Source of the DNA: Roseobacter sp. MED193
GTDB lineage: Bacteria > Pseudomonadota > Alphaproteobacteria > Rhodobacterales > Rhodobacteraceae
Assembly (NCBI RefSeq): GCF_000152965.1
Contig: NZ_CH902583.1
Location: 717,343-741,342, forward strand
DNA: 24,000 nucleotides
Direction of reading: 5' to 3'
Part shown: positions 1 to 10,610 of the stretch, one piece after another
How positions within the stretch are numbered: the stretch's first letter is position 1
How the letters are laid out: every line of letters starts with the position of its first letter
Program-made: the position numbers and the translations under genes
Notes under the pieces: model-generated
The model's input: only the letters and a program-made list of their open reading frames with translations
Told to the model about the DNA's origin: nothing
Databases searched by the model: none

Positions 1-76
1 CGCACCAGAGTTTCGGGCCCGAGCTTTAGACCAGGGATTAGGCCTGTGGGTTTATCCTGAGGGTTTGTCCTGTGGT

Positions 77-685
77 TTAGCTATGCCCCCAATCATCGGG
101 ATTTTCTGAATTGTTCGGGCTGAGCCCCAGATCATCGCCCTTGGTTGAGCAACCAAGCCCTAGAACCGTGCGGTTGGCATAGGAGAAATAGGCACTCACC
201 TGGTTGATCTCTAGAATTTCTCCATCGTCATAGCCCAGTTGACGCAGGGCCTCTATGTCTGCCTCCACCAGATCCGCGGGGGCCTCGGTCAATCTACGGG
301 CATAGGCCATAGCACCCTGCTGCGCCGCGTCCAAAGGGGCCGAAGCCGGGTCACGGGCCTCAATCGCGGAGCGAATAGCCAATCCGCGCGCCTCATCCCC
401 CAGCAGACGTTGCAGCCCGGCAAAATGGTGCTCAACACAGTACTCACAGTTGTTCAAGGATGAGACCCAGACCCCAAGCACTTCCAGGAACCACTTGGGG
501 ATCTTGTTGCCCGTGTGGTGCAGGACATTCTTGTAAAGCGCCATATGCCCCTCCATCGAATGGGGTCGCAGGCTGTGGGCCATCATGATGTTGTCGACAT
601 TGTTGTTTGGCCCAGTAACCCGCTCATAGAGCTTTTTCAGTTTGCCGGTTGCCGCATCGAACGGAACTGTCTTGATCCAGGCCAT
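77..685 (-). CDS. CMD/AhpD-like peroxidase-related protein
   Basis: Complete 202-aa ORF. The CxxC-containing motif 'SLNNCEYCVEHH' is typical of carboxymuconolactone-decarboxylase/AhpD-fold proteins. GC is backbone-like. Family call is from memory, not a search. Confidence 0.75.
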   Translation of the reverse strand: MAWIKTVPFDAATGKLKKLYERVTGPNNNVDNIMMAHSLRPHSMEGHMALYKNVLHHTGNKIPKWFLEVLGVWVSSLNNCEYCVEHHFAGLQRLLGDEARGLAIRSAIEARDPASAPLDAAQQGAMAYARRLTEAPADLVEADIEALRQLGYDDGEILEINQVSAYFSYANRTVLGLGCSTKGDDLGLSPNNSENPDDWGHS

Positions 686-790
686 CGTATCTTTCCCTCT
701 TTCATTCTCGCCTCACGTTAGCCAAGCAAACCCAAAGTGAAAGCAAAAACACACCTCCCTGCCTCCAGGATGGCCTCCCCATGGATCAGG

Positions 791-799
791 TTATCCACA
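791..799 (+). promoter_or_regulatory. perfect DnaA-box 9-mer (TTATCCACA) upstream of parE
   Basis: 'ttatccaca' read directly at 791-799, in the divergent intergenic region 84 nt before the parE start. It is a single copy only. Confidence 0.3.
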
Positions 800-882
800 G
801 CGCCTAGCGGACCTCTTTCGCAAGACCACAACACCTGCCATAATGGCTGCAACCATAACAAACCAAAGAGCAGCTCCCGCCA

Positions 883-2833
<1,951 letters not shown>

Positions 2834-2841
<8 letters not shown>

Positions 2842-3190
2842 TAACAACGGAGGGTTTTCCATCCTTGAACATCATTACCGACGCGTCACTGATTTGGGCG
2901 AAAAGATTTGCGCAGGTGATATCGTTCGATTTGTGCCACCATTAGATCGTGACGCTGAATGGTACATGTTTGAGATGCGCCACGATTCCAAAGGCCGCAA
3001 GGTAATGGCTTGCATCAACTGGATCGGTTACAAAGCCGGGCTTCAAGGCAATGCATGCGTCCAGGAAGACGGGTTCATTGTCGGCACAAACATGGTTCAG
3101 CTTGCTTGGTTCAAGGAAAACTGGAGCTCCCGCTTTGTAGGCGAAGGGTCATTTGAAAGCTCCCAATTCTTCAAGTTTCAGAGACAATAG
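2834..3190 (+). CDS. hypothetical protein (118 aa)
   Basis: ATG at 2834 is preceded by GAGGAG (2824-2829), which lies inside the parE 3' end. The ORF-track start at 2822 is a TTG. GC is lower than the flanks (about 50% in line 2881-2940). No recognisable motif. Confidence 0.5.
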
Positions 3191-3212
3191 TCCGCTATAA
3201 TTAACGAGCCCC

Positions 3213-3277
3213 CGCCTGACCTTGGGAGGGCGCGAATGCGCCTTACCGGGGGGAAGGTCAGGCGCCGGCCTGACGGC
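3213..3277. repeat. palindromic intergenic repeat, copy 1 (extended hairpin plus tail)
   Basis: 'cgcctgacctt' at 3213-3223 is the exact reverse complement of 'aaggtcaggcg' at 3254-3264. An inner stem ggcgc/gcgcc sits at 3229-3233 and 3238-3242. The 30-nt right half (3248-3277) recurs at 3401-3430. Confidence 0.7.
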
Positions 3278-3386
3278 CCAGGGGATCACCTGCAACTGTT
3301 GCCTTCCAAAGCTGTCGGCATCAGCGAGGGGCTTCGCCCGTCCTCGCCTCAAACAGTCCCCCGCACTGTTTGTCCCTACGGGAACC

Positions 3387-3430
3387 GGCTTGAACTCCAC
3401 GGGGGGAAGGTCAGGCGCGGGCCTGGCGGC
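3387..3430. repeat. palindromic intergenic repeat, copy 2 (degenerate left arm)
   Basis: 3401-3430 'ggggggaaggtcaggcgcgggcctggcggc' matches 3248-3277 at 28 of 30 positions. The left arm around 3387-3397 is only partly complementary. Confidence 0.65.
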
Positions 3431-3570
3431 TGCGCCCCCACAAGCCAGCATTGACTCCCAAAATCACACGCCTAAAGTGCGGAGAAATCACAAAGGCCGG
3501 AAGAAACTGAGACACAGTCGCGGATCCTTTTGCCTAAAAAAAACGTTTCTCTGCTTTGAGGATACCGTCG

Positions 3571-4329
3571 ATGCAACTTTTGAAAAAAGCTGGGCCAATC
3601 GTCGTTGCTCTAGCATCCTACTTTGCTGTAAAGGCATTTTTCTTTGACACTGCTGCGGCTAAAGATGTTGAATCAGAACAGCTTGAGCATGCCCTGATGC
3701 AGGCCGATCATGGTGAGTTCTTCCAAGTCTTAAAAGCCGGGTTTCCCCAAGAATTTCACACCTTCATCGAAGAGCTGACCGAGGTCGTGAATCAAGAACA
3801 TGCCGACAAACAACAAAAATCCATCGCAGTCCGCACCAGTAGTGCTGCGTTCACAGCAGAGCTAAGACGCGAGAACGCTCATTATTTGCGACAAACCCCT
3901 GCAGATCTTCTACGCGCCTTGCACAGGAGCAAACTTGACCTCTTGCTCGCGGTCCAAGACGACCCGGCGCTTTGCAACAAAGTTGCACAACTTAGTGCAG
4001 CCGCTCTTTCAGCAAACGAAATGAACGACCAACGACAAGCGATCCTCTTTGAGGGGTCGATCGTGGTTCTCAACTCTATTGTCGCGGGTCGGGATCACCC
4101 AGTGGAGCGCAAACAGGCCACAGAGGAGGACTATGCCGATTTCCTAGCCGAGTGGCGGAAACAGTCAGACGTAACGCCCAGCATGTTCGAAACACTGATG
4201 AAAGACGACGCATCAAGCGGTGATTACTGTGCCAGCATGACAAGCTTCCAGCGTTACTCAGTCGCTGCAACGGGCCGCTCGGCCGAACGTGTTCTGGCCG
4301 AATTATCCGTGTTGACGGAAGCTCGTTGA
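3571..4329 (+). CDS. hypothetical protein with N-terminal hydrophobic anchor/signal (252 aa)
   Basis: ATG at 3571 with GAGGA at 3558-3562. The ORF-track start at 3556 is a TTG. N-terminus is 'MQLLKKAGPIVVALASYFAVKAFFF'. GC is lower than the backbone (about 47% in line 3601-3660). No known motif. Confidence 0.55.
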   Translation: MQLLKKAGPIVVALASYFAVKAFFFDTAAAKDVESEQLEHALMQADHGEFFQVLKAGFPQEFHTFIEELTEVVNQEHADKQQKSIAVRTSSAAFTAELRRENAHYLRQTPADLLRALHRSKLDLLLAVQDDPALCNKVAQLSAAALSANEMNDQRQAILFEGSIVVLNSIVAGRDHPVERKQATEEDYADFLAEWRKQSDVTPSMFETLMKDDASSGDYCASMTSFQRYSVAATGRSAERVLAELSVLTEAR

Positions 4330-4373
4330 GGAATGGAGCGCATTTCATTTGCACAGTTTTCCTGTGCCATTCC
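4330..4373 (+). terminator. possible stem-loop between convergent genes
   Basis: A gcacag (4351-4356) / ctgtgc (4362-4367) stem with a ttttc loop is nested inside ggaatg (4330-4335) / cattcc (4368-4373). There is no clear T-tract. Confidence 0.3.
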
Positions 4374-4409
4374 GCCCTAACACGCGGCCCGCCCTCCCTA
4401 TGGCTCGGG

Positions 4410-5198
4410 CTATTGATAGCTGCCGCTGCCGGGATCATAGCGCAGTACGGTTTCGCGGCCGCAGACCAATTCGGGCAGACCGGCGGAGCGGCTTGGCAAC
4501 ACGCCCAGACGCACACAGCCGGTATTGATGGCGATCCGGTGCCCTGTGGACATCTGCAACTCGCAGGACAGCATGCCCCAGCGCTCCCACCAGCTGCATT
4601 GAAACAAATCCATCCGGCCCGTGCCATCCAGATCGTACTGCATCTTCAGTGGCAGACCCTTATCAAATCCGGGCCGATCATAGTCCGCCACTGAAAGCTG
4701 CGCCAAGGCGGGCAACATCTGGTCCAGCACCCGGCTCTCGACCTGCTGCAACACCCCGCCCGCAAAAACGAAGGCCCCGAAGCGGCCATTCAGATCGGTA
4801 TGCCCGGCTCCGGCCTCGGTGGTTTCGATCACGAACCGGTAGCCCTGGGGGCTGCGCTGCACCTCGGGATCTCCCCAGGCGTAGAACTCGGGATGGGTTG
4901 CGTTGACAAATCGCCCGCCCTGCAGCGACAGAACCGCATAGCTGGGCGCACAGCAATTGCCGCCACCGCTCCAGCTGTGCAAGAGATCGATCTGACCGTC
5001 ACCGTCAAAATCTGCCTCCAGAATTTTGCTGGAAATTCCCGTCTCTGGCACCATGGCCTGAACTGGCACGCCATTGACATAGGCGATGATCACCTGCTCA
5101 TACATCTCGCCGCGCACCTCATAGGTGATGGGCTGCGCCACAGCGGCTCCTGCCGCACCCAGCACAACGCACCATAGACCGACTACAAAACGCAGCAT
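4410..5198 (-). CDS. secreted hypothetical protein with two DxDGxG calcium-type motifs (262 aa)
   Basis: An internal ATG at 5198 is preceded on the minus strand by GGGAGAAAAG. It gives the signal-like N-terminus 'MLRFVVGLWCVVLGAAGAAVAQP'. The motifs 'FDGDGQIDLL' and 'DLDGTGRMDLF' resemble FG-GAP/VCBS-type loops. Confidence 0.6.
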   Translation of the reverse strand: MLRFVVGLWCVVLGAAGAAVAQPITYEVRGEMYEQVIIAYVNGVPVQAMVPETGISSKILEADFDGDGQIDLLHSWSGGGNCCAPSYAVLSLQGGRFVNATHPEFYAWGDPEVQRSPQGYRFVIETTEAGAGHTDLNGRFGAFVFAGGVLQQVESRVLDQMLPALAQLSVADYDRPGFDKGLPLKMQYDLDGTGRMDLFQCSWWERWGMLSCELQMSTGHRIAINTGCVRLGVLPSRSAGLPELVCGRETVLRYDPGSGSYQ

Positions 5199-5364
5199 TT
5201 CTTTTCTCCCACCGAATTTCCCAAGCTGTCTGTCCCAGACTGCCGTGACAGGCTGAAAAATCAAACAGAGCCTGCCTGCCTGATCACGTTTCCATCAGCC
5301 CTGTTGCATGAAACCCTGCCAGCTTTTTACTGTACAGCCAGTCGCTCTACCCCAAGGACATGCT

Positions 5365-6129
5365 ATGATCTTTATCGCCGACAACCAGCTTTTCCTCATC
5401 CTGATCTGCTTTTTCCTCGGCCTGATCGGGACGGCATTTTTGCTGCGCAAACCCGCAGAGCACAGGGCCTGGAAATACGCGGATCTGGTTTGGATCCTCC
5501 TAGGGGGCATCGGCGCCTTGGCTGCGGTTATTGCCGGGATTTACAAATCCGACAGCAGTCACCTGGAACGCCAGATTGATGTCGCCTATGCCGCAACCGC
5601 TGCCTTTGACCATGATGCTGCGCGGTTTCGTCTAAGGTTTTGCGATCCCGCCTCCGACGCCTCTGTCGTTGTGCTCTGCGAAAAGATCGAATTCCTGTCG
5701 GCCTCAACCGCTGGCAATGCGGAGCTCCCGCTGTTCATTGCGGTGACGGATGAGGTCGCCCCCTTGCAGGGCATCACCTTTCTGGCCGGATCTGGCCCCG
5801 CAGCACAAGAAATGACAGCAAAGACCGCCAGCGCCGATGCCTTTGATCCGGAAGCGTTTTTGATCTTTTCTGCTTTGGATGAAGCGACACAGACATCTGT
5901 GGAAGATCTGCGCAGCCGGGTTCCTGCCATCGCCGGAGACTTTGTGATTTTGGCACAGGCCTATGAAGATCTGATCGCTCAGGTTCAGCGGCTCAAACAG
6001 GAATGGGACTATTTGCAAGACAACGCCTATATCCTGGTCCTGCAACTCTTTGCACTTTGCCTGGTTGGATTCGCTGCTCCGTTCCGGCTGGGAAAATCTG
6101 TGGTGGAGTTGCGGCAATCAGGCCGTTAG
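5365..6129 (+). CDS. hypothetical membrane protein (254 aa)
   Basis: ATG at 5365 follows AAGGA. There are two N-terminal hydrophobic helices ('LFLILICFFLGLIGTAFLL', 'LVWILLGGIGALAAVIAGI') and one C-terminal helix ('ILVLQLFALCLVGFAAPF'). Confidence 0.55.
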   Translation: MIFIADNQLFLILICFFLGLIGTAFLLRKPAEHRAWKYADLVWILLGGIGALAAVIAGIYKSDSSHLERQIDVAYAATAAFDHDAARFRLRFCDPASDASVVVLCEKIEFLSASTAGNAELPLFIAVTDEVAPLQGITFLAGSGPAAQEMTAKTASADAFDPEAFLIFSALDEATQTSVEDLRSRVPAIAGDFVILAQAYEDLIAQVQRLKQEWDYLQDNAYILVLQLFALCLVGFAAPFRLGKSVVELRQSGR

Positions 6130-6163
6130 TCTGCTTTTGGACAGATGCAAGGATGAGGCCAAG

Positions 6164-6586
6164 ATGAGTTCAACCGCAGCAATGAGCGTGACAGACGCCC
6201 AGGCCCTATTGGACGAAAACTTTGCTGAATGGGTCCGGGCGCTGGATCTGACAGTGACCGACTTCTGCCCCCAATTTACCGTGTTACATATGCCCTTGGC
6301 GCCCCATCTGGCGCGGGTGGGCGGTATTGTATCAGGGCAGGCCTTGGCTGCGCTGGCCGATACTGCGATGGTTCTGGCGGCGGTCGCCCATGCCGGCGAG
6401 ATGCGGATGTTTGCCACCACGGATCTGCACACGCAATTTCTACGCCCCGGTGTTGGTTCTGCCATCCAGTGCCGCGCAGAGGTGGTGCGTGCAGGCAAGG
6501 CGCTGGTCTTCACCCGCGCCGAGATGCGCGAAGAAAGCAGCGACAAACTGGTCGCAACCGCGACTGCGACCTTTTACGCCCCCTAA
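6164..6586 (+). CDS. PaaI-family (hotdog-fold) thioesterase
   Basis: ATG at 6164 follows AGGATGAGG. The 140-aa length and the region 'HLARVGGIVSGQALAALADTAMVLAA...TTDLHTQFLRPG...RAGKALVFTRAEM' are typical of PaaI/YdiI-type 4HBT thioesterases. Confidence 0.75.
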   Translation: MSSTAAMSVTDAQALLDENFAEWVRALDLTVTDFCPQFTVLHMPLAPHLARVGGIVSGQALAALADTAMVLAAVAHAGEMRMFATTDLHTQFLRPGVGSAIQCRAEVVRAGKALVFTRAEMREESSDKLVATATATFYAP

Positions 6587-6606
6587 CCTAACCGGACCAA
6601 AGTGCC

Positions 6607-7266
6607 ATGCGCAGTTTTGAAGAGATCTTTGACATATCTGCTGCCCGTCACGGTGGTGCTGCGGCTGTGGAGGCCTTGCTTGTGCACCCCGCCCCTGCGG
6701 CCTCGACCCTGGCGGAGGATCGCTGGCTTTCACTGATGACCAAATCTATCTTTCAGGCCGGATTTAGCTGGAAAGTCATAGAGGGTAAGTGGCCTGGCTT
6801 TGAAGCCGCCTTTGATCAGTTTGATGTGGGTCGCAACGCCTTTATGGATGAAGAAAAACTCGACGCCCTGCTGAAAGACACCAATATCGTGCGCAACGGG
6901 GCCAAGATCCAGACCGTGCGTGACAATGCGGTCTTCCTGATGGAGCTGCGCCAAGAGGGCGGCGCGGCGAAGGTGTTTACCGATTGGCCATCGACGGATT
7001 TTATCGGGCTGTTGGACATGTTGAAAAAACGCGGTAGCCGCCTGGGAGGGGGCACCGGTCAAATGGTGATGCGTTTTGCTGGGCGCGATGGGTTTGTCCT
7101 GTCCAAAGATGTCACCGGGCGGTTGATAGCCGAAGGGGTGATCGACAAACCGGCCACATCACAAAAAGCGCTGCGCCAAGTTCAAGCCGCCTTCAATCAC
7201 TGGCAGGCACAGTCTGGCCGTTCGTTGATGGAAATCAGCCGGGTTCTGGCCTTGAGCTGCGGATAG
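6607..7266 (+). CDS. tag: DNA-3-methyladenine glycosylase I-like protein
   Basis: 'QAGFSWKVIEGKWPGFEAAFDQFD...NIVRNGAKIQTVRDNAVFL' parallels the E. coli Tag core 'QAGLSWITVLKKRENYRACFHQFD...GIIRHRGKIQAIIGNARAYL', recalled from memory. Confidence 0.78.
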   Translation: MRSFEEIFDISAARHGGAAAVEALLVHPAPAASTLAEDRWLSLMTKSIFQAGFSWKVIEGKWPGFEAAFDQFDVGRNAFMDEEKLDALLKDTNIVRNGAKIQTVRDNAVFLMELRQEGGAAKVFTDWPSTDFIGLLDMLKKRGSRLGGGTGQMVMRFAGRDGFVLSKDVTGRLIAEGVIDKPATSQKALRQVQAAFNHWQAQSGRSLMEISRVLALSCG

Positions 7267-7337
7267 GTTTTCGAGGAAAAGATGTTGAATCTCAGAGGTT
7301 TTTTCCATGATCTACGACGATCGCACCGGGGCATCAC

Positions 7338-8021
7338 ATGATCCTGCGCCTTGTTGTGATATTCTCTTTGCTTGCAGCCTGTGGACGCCCGCTCAGCGAG
7401 GCGGAACTCAGCTTCCTCTCCGACATACACGGCGAGAGTATCAACACGGATAGGGTAAGGCTGGTGCGCGGTGCGCCGGTTGCCGCTGTCACCTTTCGGC
7501 GCAAACCTCGCCCACGTATCACCTGCCGCGAGCGCATACTCCCCCCCGTGAAGGAGGAAAAGATCGTCACCTCTTCCCCTGCGGCTATCGCCCTGTTTAA
7601 CCGGATCTTTTTTGTCAAAGACTGGTACACAGAGGACTACATGCCTGCCTATCCAGACCGTCTGTACTTGGTGGAGGCCATGTTGCTGGCCCACGAGATG
7701 ACCCATGTTTGGCAATGGCAGAACCGCCGGATCACCGGCTATCACCCGCTGCGGGCAGCAGCCGAGCACAGCGCCAGCCCTGATCCCTACTTGTTTGAGC
7801 TAGACAACAGCCCCGACTTCCTCAGCTATGGGTATGAACAACAGGGCGCCATCGTCGAAGAATATGTTTGTTGCCGTGCCCTGGCGCCGCAAGCGGCGCG
7901 CAGCAAACGGTTACACAAAATGCTCAAGGCGGTCATGCCTGTCTCGGATCTACCCAAGGCCCGGCAAAGCGATGTCTACCTGCCGTGGAAAGACGCCGAA
8001 TTGCAAGGGATTTGCGCCTGA
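7338..8021 (+). CDS. putative lipoprotein with HExxH metallopeptidase-like motif
   Basis: Lipobox-type N-terminus 'MILRLVVIFSLLAACG' and the motif 'LLAHEMTHVWQWQ'. I cannot name a family. Confidence 0.6.
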   Translation: MILRLVVIFSLLAACGRPLSEAELSFLSDIHGESINTDRVRLVRGAPVAAVTFRRKPRPRITCRERILPPVKEEKIVTSSPAAIALFNRIFFVKDWYTEDYMPAYPDRLYLVEAMLLAHEMTHVWQWQNRRITGYHPLRAAAEHSASPDPYLFELDNSPDFLSYGYEQQGAIVEEYVCCRALAPQAARSKRLHKMLKAVMPVSDLPKARQSDVYLPWKDAELQGICA

Positions 8022-8057
8022 AAAGGCTGAGCCGTGGAACTCCTGCCTGTGGTGCGT

Positions 8058-8465
8058 TCAGCGCTGTATGTCTTCCAGATAGGCCAACAGCGCAGCCAAA
8101 GGGCGCGGCGTTGGAGTAAAGATCCCATCCACTTCAACGGGAACAAGATCGCCTTCAAGCAGGGCACCGAATTCTGGCATTTGCTCCGCCCCGACCCGGC
8201 CGCGGCCGTACCCGTCGATCTGTGACAGCACCGCAGCGCGTGGGAACGCCCCCCGGTTGCGGGTCGTAATTTGCCGTAGATCCGGCGCGCCAACAGAGAG
8301 CTCGCCTGCAGAGGGATCTGCATTCGCACCATGGCAAACAGAGCAGTTTTGGTTGAACAGCGCGGCTCCCTCGGAGGGCTCAGGCATATCAACATCCGCA
8401 GGAGTGCAGTTTGACTGGACAAGCAAGAGCGCCGTCAGGCCCATGGTCACAACTGTGCGTTTCAT
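8058..8465 (-). CDS. c-type cytochrome (135 aa)
   Basis: An internal ATG at 8465 is preceded by AGGAAG on the minus strand. There is a signal-like 'MKRTVVTMGLTALLLVQS', a haem motif 'CSVCHG', and a distal Met candidate in 'EQMPEFG'. The ORF-track N-terminal extension to 8603 looks non-coding. Confidence 0.7.
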   Translation of the reverse strand: MKRTVVTMGLTALLLVQSNCTPADVDMPEPSEGAALFNQNCSVCHGANADPSAGELSVGAPDLRQITTRNRGAFPRAAVLSQIDGYGRGRVGAEQMPEFGALLEGDLVPVEVDGIFTPTPRPLAALLAYLEDIQR

Positions 8466-8716
8466 CAATCTGCTTCCTGTTCTTGGTGGCGACAATTGGT
8501 CTGCGCTCCTCTCGACCTTCATCAAAAGGTGCCTGCCAAACGAAAGTTCCGGGCAGGGTTGCATATAAGCATCAATTTGAATTGGGTACGACAAGAAATT
8601 CAAAAAATAGCTTATCAGTTCCGAGGATTAGCTCTTGTGGCAGTCGCCACTTCCGGCCCAAAGTCGCACGAAACCTCTTGTCCCTAACTGGGGCACATCA
8701 TAATGGCGGAGATCTC

Positions 8717-9151
8717 ATGCTGCACTACGCACTTATTATGCTGGCCGCGGGGCTTGGCATTCCAGTTCTGGCGGCTTTGAATGCCGCATTGGGTCAGCAT
8801 ATCGGCTCTCCCGCAGCCGCCGGCGTCGTGCTTTTTGCCGTCGCCTTTGTCGCCGCCCTCGCCTACTGCCTGATCAAAGGGCCAAGTGCGCTGTTGCTGT
8901 TGCCGCAAGCGCCAAAGCATCTGTTCCTGGCAGGCCTCTTGGTGGCCTTTTATGTGTTGTCGATCACCCATGTTGCACCACATTTCGGCGTCGGCAACGC
9001 AGTCTTTTTTGTGCTGCTGGGGCAGTTGGTCAGCGCCGCCGCCATCGACCATTTTGGCCTCTTTGGTGCCCAGGCCTCGCCACTGACATTGATGCGCGCC
9101 ACCGGAATTTCGGTGATGGCGCTGGGCGTCTGGATCACCCAGCTAGCATAA
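8717..9151 (+). CDS. DMT-superfamily YdcZ/DUF606-like inner-membrane transporter (144 aa)
   Basis: ATG at 8717 follows GGCGGAG. The protein has four hydrophobic segments, and 'LLGQLVSAAAIDHFGLFG' is typical of YdcZ-type proteins. The ORF-track start at 8411 gives an implausible extension. Confidence 0.7.
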   Translation: MLHYALIMLAAGLGIPVLAALNAALGQHIGSPAAAGVVLFAVAFVAALAYCLIKGPSALLLLPQAPKHLFLAGLLVAFYVLSITHVAPHFGVGNAVFFVLLGQLVSAAAIDHFGLFGAQASPLTLMRATGISVMALGVWITQLA

Positions 9152-9192
9152 TTTCACCCCAGCTGGGTATTGCCCCCGGTTCATGCCGACAG

Positions 9193-9813
9193 CTAGGTGC
9201 GCTTTGCCCGCTGCCACTCACCGGCCTCATCGCGAGAAAAGAACCCCTTCTTGTCTGCATTCTGGCGATCATCTTCGCTCAGTCGCTCTGCCCCGTATTC
9301 CACACCAAGCTCGAGCGGAATCATATTGGGAAGTGGATCAGGCTCCTGAGCCTGGATTTCTCTCAACTGGACCCAAACTTCATCGCTCATACGATGTCGC
9401 CAAACGCCGGTCAGCATGCGCCGAAACCGCAGGTCCAACCGGGCCTGTGCCTGATAATGGGGGATCATTGAACCGTGATGCGCCAATTGGTGCTCGGCGA
9501 GCTCACAGGCAATCATATGAAGGTGATCATCAGAGCAGGCCTCTGTCATCGCATCAAGCATGAAGTTCCAAAGTCCATGGGGGTGGGCCCAGAAACAGAT
9601 GGTGACCACCCACTGCCCAATACCCCCTTTGGCAGCCCACCCGCTTAGATGCTGGCAGGCCTCCTGCAACACCTCTTGGGACACAGGCATTTCATGGACA
9701 TATGCAAATGCCCTAAGACGTTCTTCGATGTTCTTATTGTCAGCAGGACGGGTTTCTGCTTCCAGCCAGTATTTCGCTAGGAGCCGTTGAAACGAAACTG
9801 ATGTTTGAGTCAA
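9193..9813 (-). CDS. hypothetical protein (206 aa)
   Basis: Clean ORF with protein-like composition. It is His/Trp-rich ('FWAHPHGLWNF', 'LAEHQLAHHG'). No family recognised. Confidence 0.5.
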   Translation of the reverse strand: MTQTSVSFQRLLAKYWLEAETRPADNKNIEERLRAFAYVHEMPVSQEVLQEACQHLSGWAAKGGIGQWVVTICFWAHPHGLWNFMLDAMTEACSDDHLHMIACELAEHQLAHHGSMIPHYQAQARLDLRFRRMLTGVWRHRMSDEVWVQLREIQAQEPDPLPNMIPLELGVEYGAERLSEDDRQNADKKGFFSRDEAGEWQRAKRT

Positions 9814-9926
9814 AAATTTCCGTGGCTATCACCACGTTGTCTGAAGGGCGTTTCAATCTACGCCGGGGCTGTAAGTACCCTCACACAAAGCCAATCATCA
9901 ACCTATGTCAAGATTGATAACTACTT

Positions 9927-10610
9927 TCACAACTTGACCAGCCTGCCCTGCTCCAGCTTGACCCGGCGGTCCATCCGGGCGGCCAGCTCGTGGTTATGGG
10001 TGGCCACCAGCGCCGACAGGCCGGTACCGGCCACCAAATCCATCAACGCGGCAAAGACCTGATCCGAGGTTCCCGGGTCCAGATTTCCGGTGGGTTCATC
10101 TGCCAACAACACGCGGGGGCTATTCGCCAGCGCCCGGCAAAAGGCGACCCGCTGCTGTTCACCACCTGACAAAGCCGCAGGGCGATGCCCGGCGCGGTCA
10201 GCCAAGCCAACCAGGGTCAAAAGCTCCTCGGCGCGGGCCTCCGCCCCCGACTGCAATACGCCATTGGCAAGTTGAGGCAGGACAATGTTTTCCAACGCAG
10301 TGAACTCAGGCAAAAGGTGGTGGAACTGGTAAACAAACCCAACATCCTGACGCCGCAGACTGGTGCGCATCCCGTCGCCCTTACCACTGACGTCTTGCCC
10401 CGCCACCAGAACAGAGCCGTTATCCGGCACATCCAGCAACCCAGCGATATGCAATAGGGTGGATTTTCCTGCCCCCGAAGGCGCCACCAGCGCCACCATC
10501 TCCCCGGCATTCAAGGTCAGATCTATGCCGCGCAGCACATCTATCTGGTTCGCGCGCCCCTGATTGTAGGATTTGGTCACGGACTTCAGTTCTAATACAG
10601 CCTCACTCAT
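9927..10610 (-). CDS. lolD: lipoprotein-releasing ABC transporter ATP-binding protein
   Basis: Walker A 'APSGAGKST', signature '[15 protein letters not shown]' and Walker B '[11 protein letters not shown]'. It overlaps the upstream FtsX-type permease gene by 8 nt. Confidence 0.85.
   Translation of the reverse strand: MSEAVLELKSVTKSYNQGRANQIDVLRGIDLTLNAGEMVALVAPSGAGKSTLLHIAGLLDVPDNGSVLVAGQDVSGKGDGMRTSLRRQDVGFVYQFHHLLPEFTALENIVLPQLANGVLQSGAEARAEELLTLVGLADRAGHRPAALSGGEQQRVAFCRALANSPRVLLADEPTGNLDPGTSDQVFAALMDLVAGTGLSALVATHNHELAARMDRRVKLEQGRLVKL

Noticed and set aside
3248-3430. Possible CRISPR array (a 30-nt direct repeat seen twice)
   Set aside because: There are only two copies, separated by 123 nt of hairpin-rich sequence. 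The repeats are part of larger palindromic units, and no cas genes are in the window.
3149-3647. ORFs of 100-141 aa on both strands across the 3.2-3.6 kb intergenic region
   Set aside because: They run through the palindromic repeats, so the same 'GGKVRRRP/GGKVRRGP' peptide is produced by each repeat copy. They are Arg/Gly/Pro-rich, lack SD sequences and are best explained as repeat by-products.
4076-5177. Multiple overlapping ORFs (183 aa minus, 122 aa plus, 125 aa plus and others)
   Set aside because: They overlap the better-supported secreted-protein gene (4410-5198, with signal peptide and SD) or the end of the 3571-4329 gene. Their compositions are Cys/Arg/Pro-rich and low-complexity.
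7197-7769. 190-aa minus-strand ORF
   Set aside because: It is antisense to the lipoprotein gene and overlaps the tag 3' end. It has no start context or motif.
8411-8716. N-terminal 102-codon extension of the YdcZ-like ORF, and the 46-codon extension of the cytochrome c ORF (8466-8603)
   Set aside because: The two extensions overlap each other in the divergent intergenic region and have non-protein-like sequence. Internal ATGs with SD sequences give products starting exactly at the hydrophobic or signal segments.
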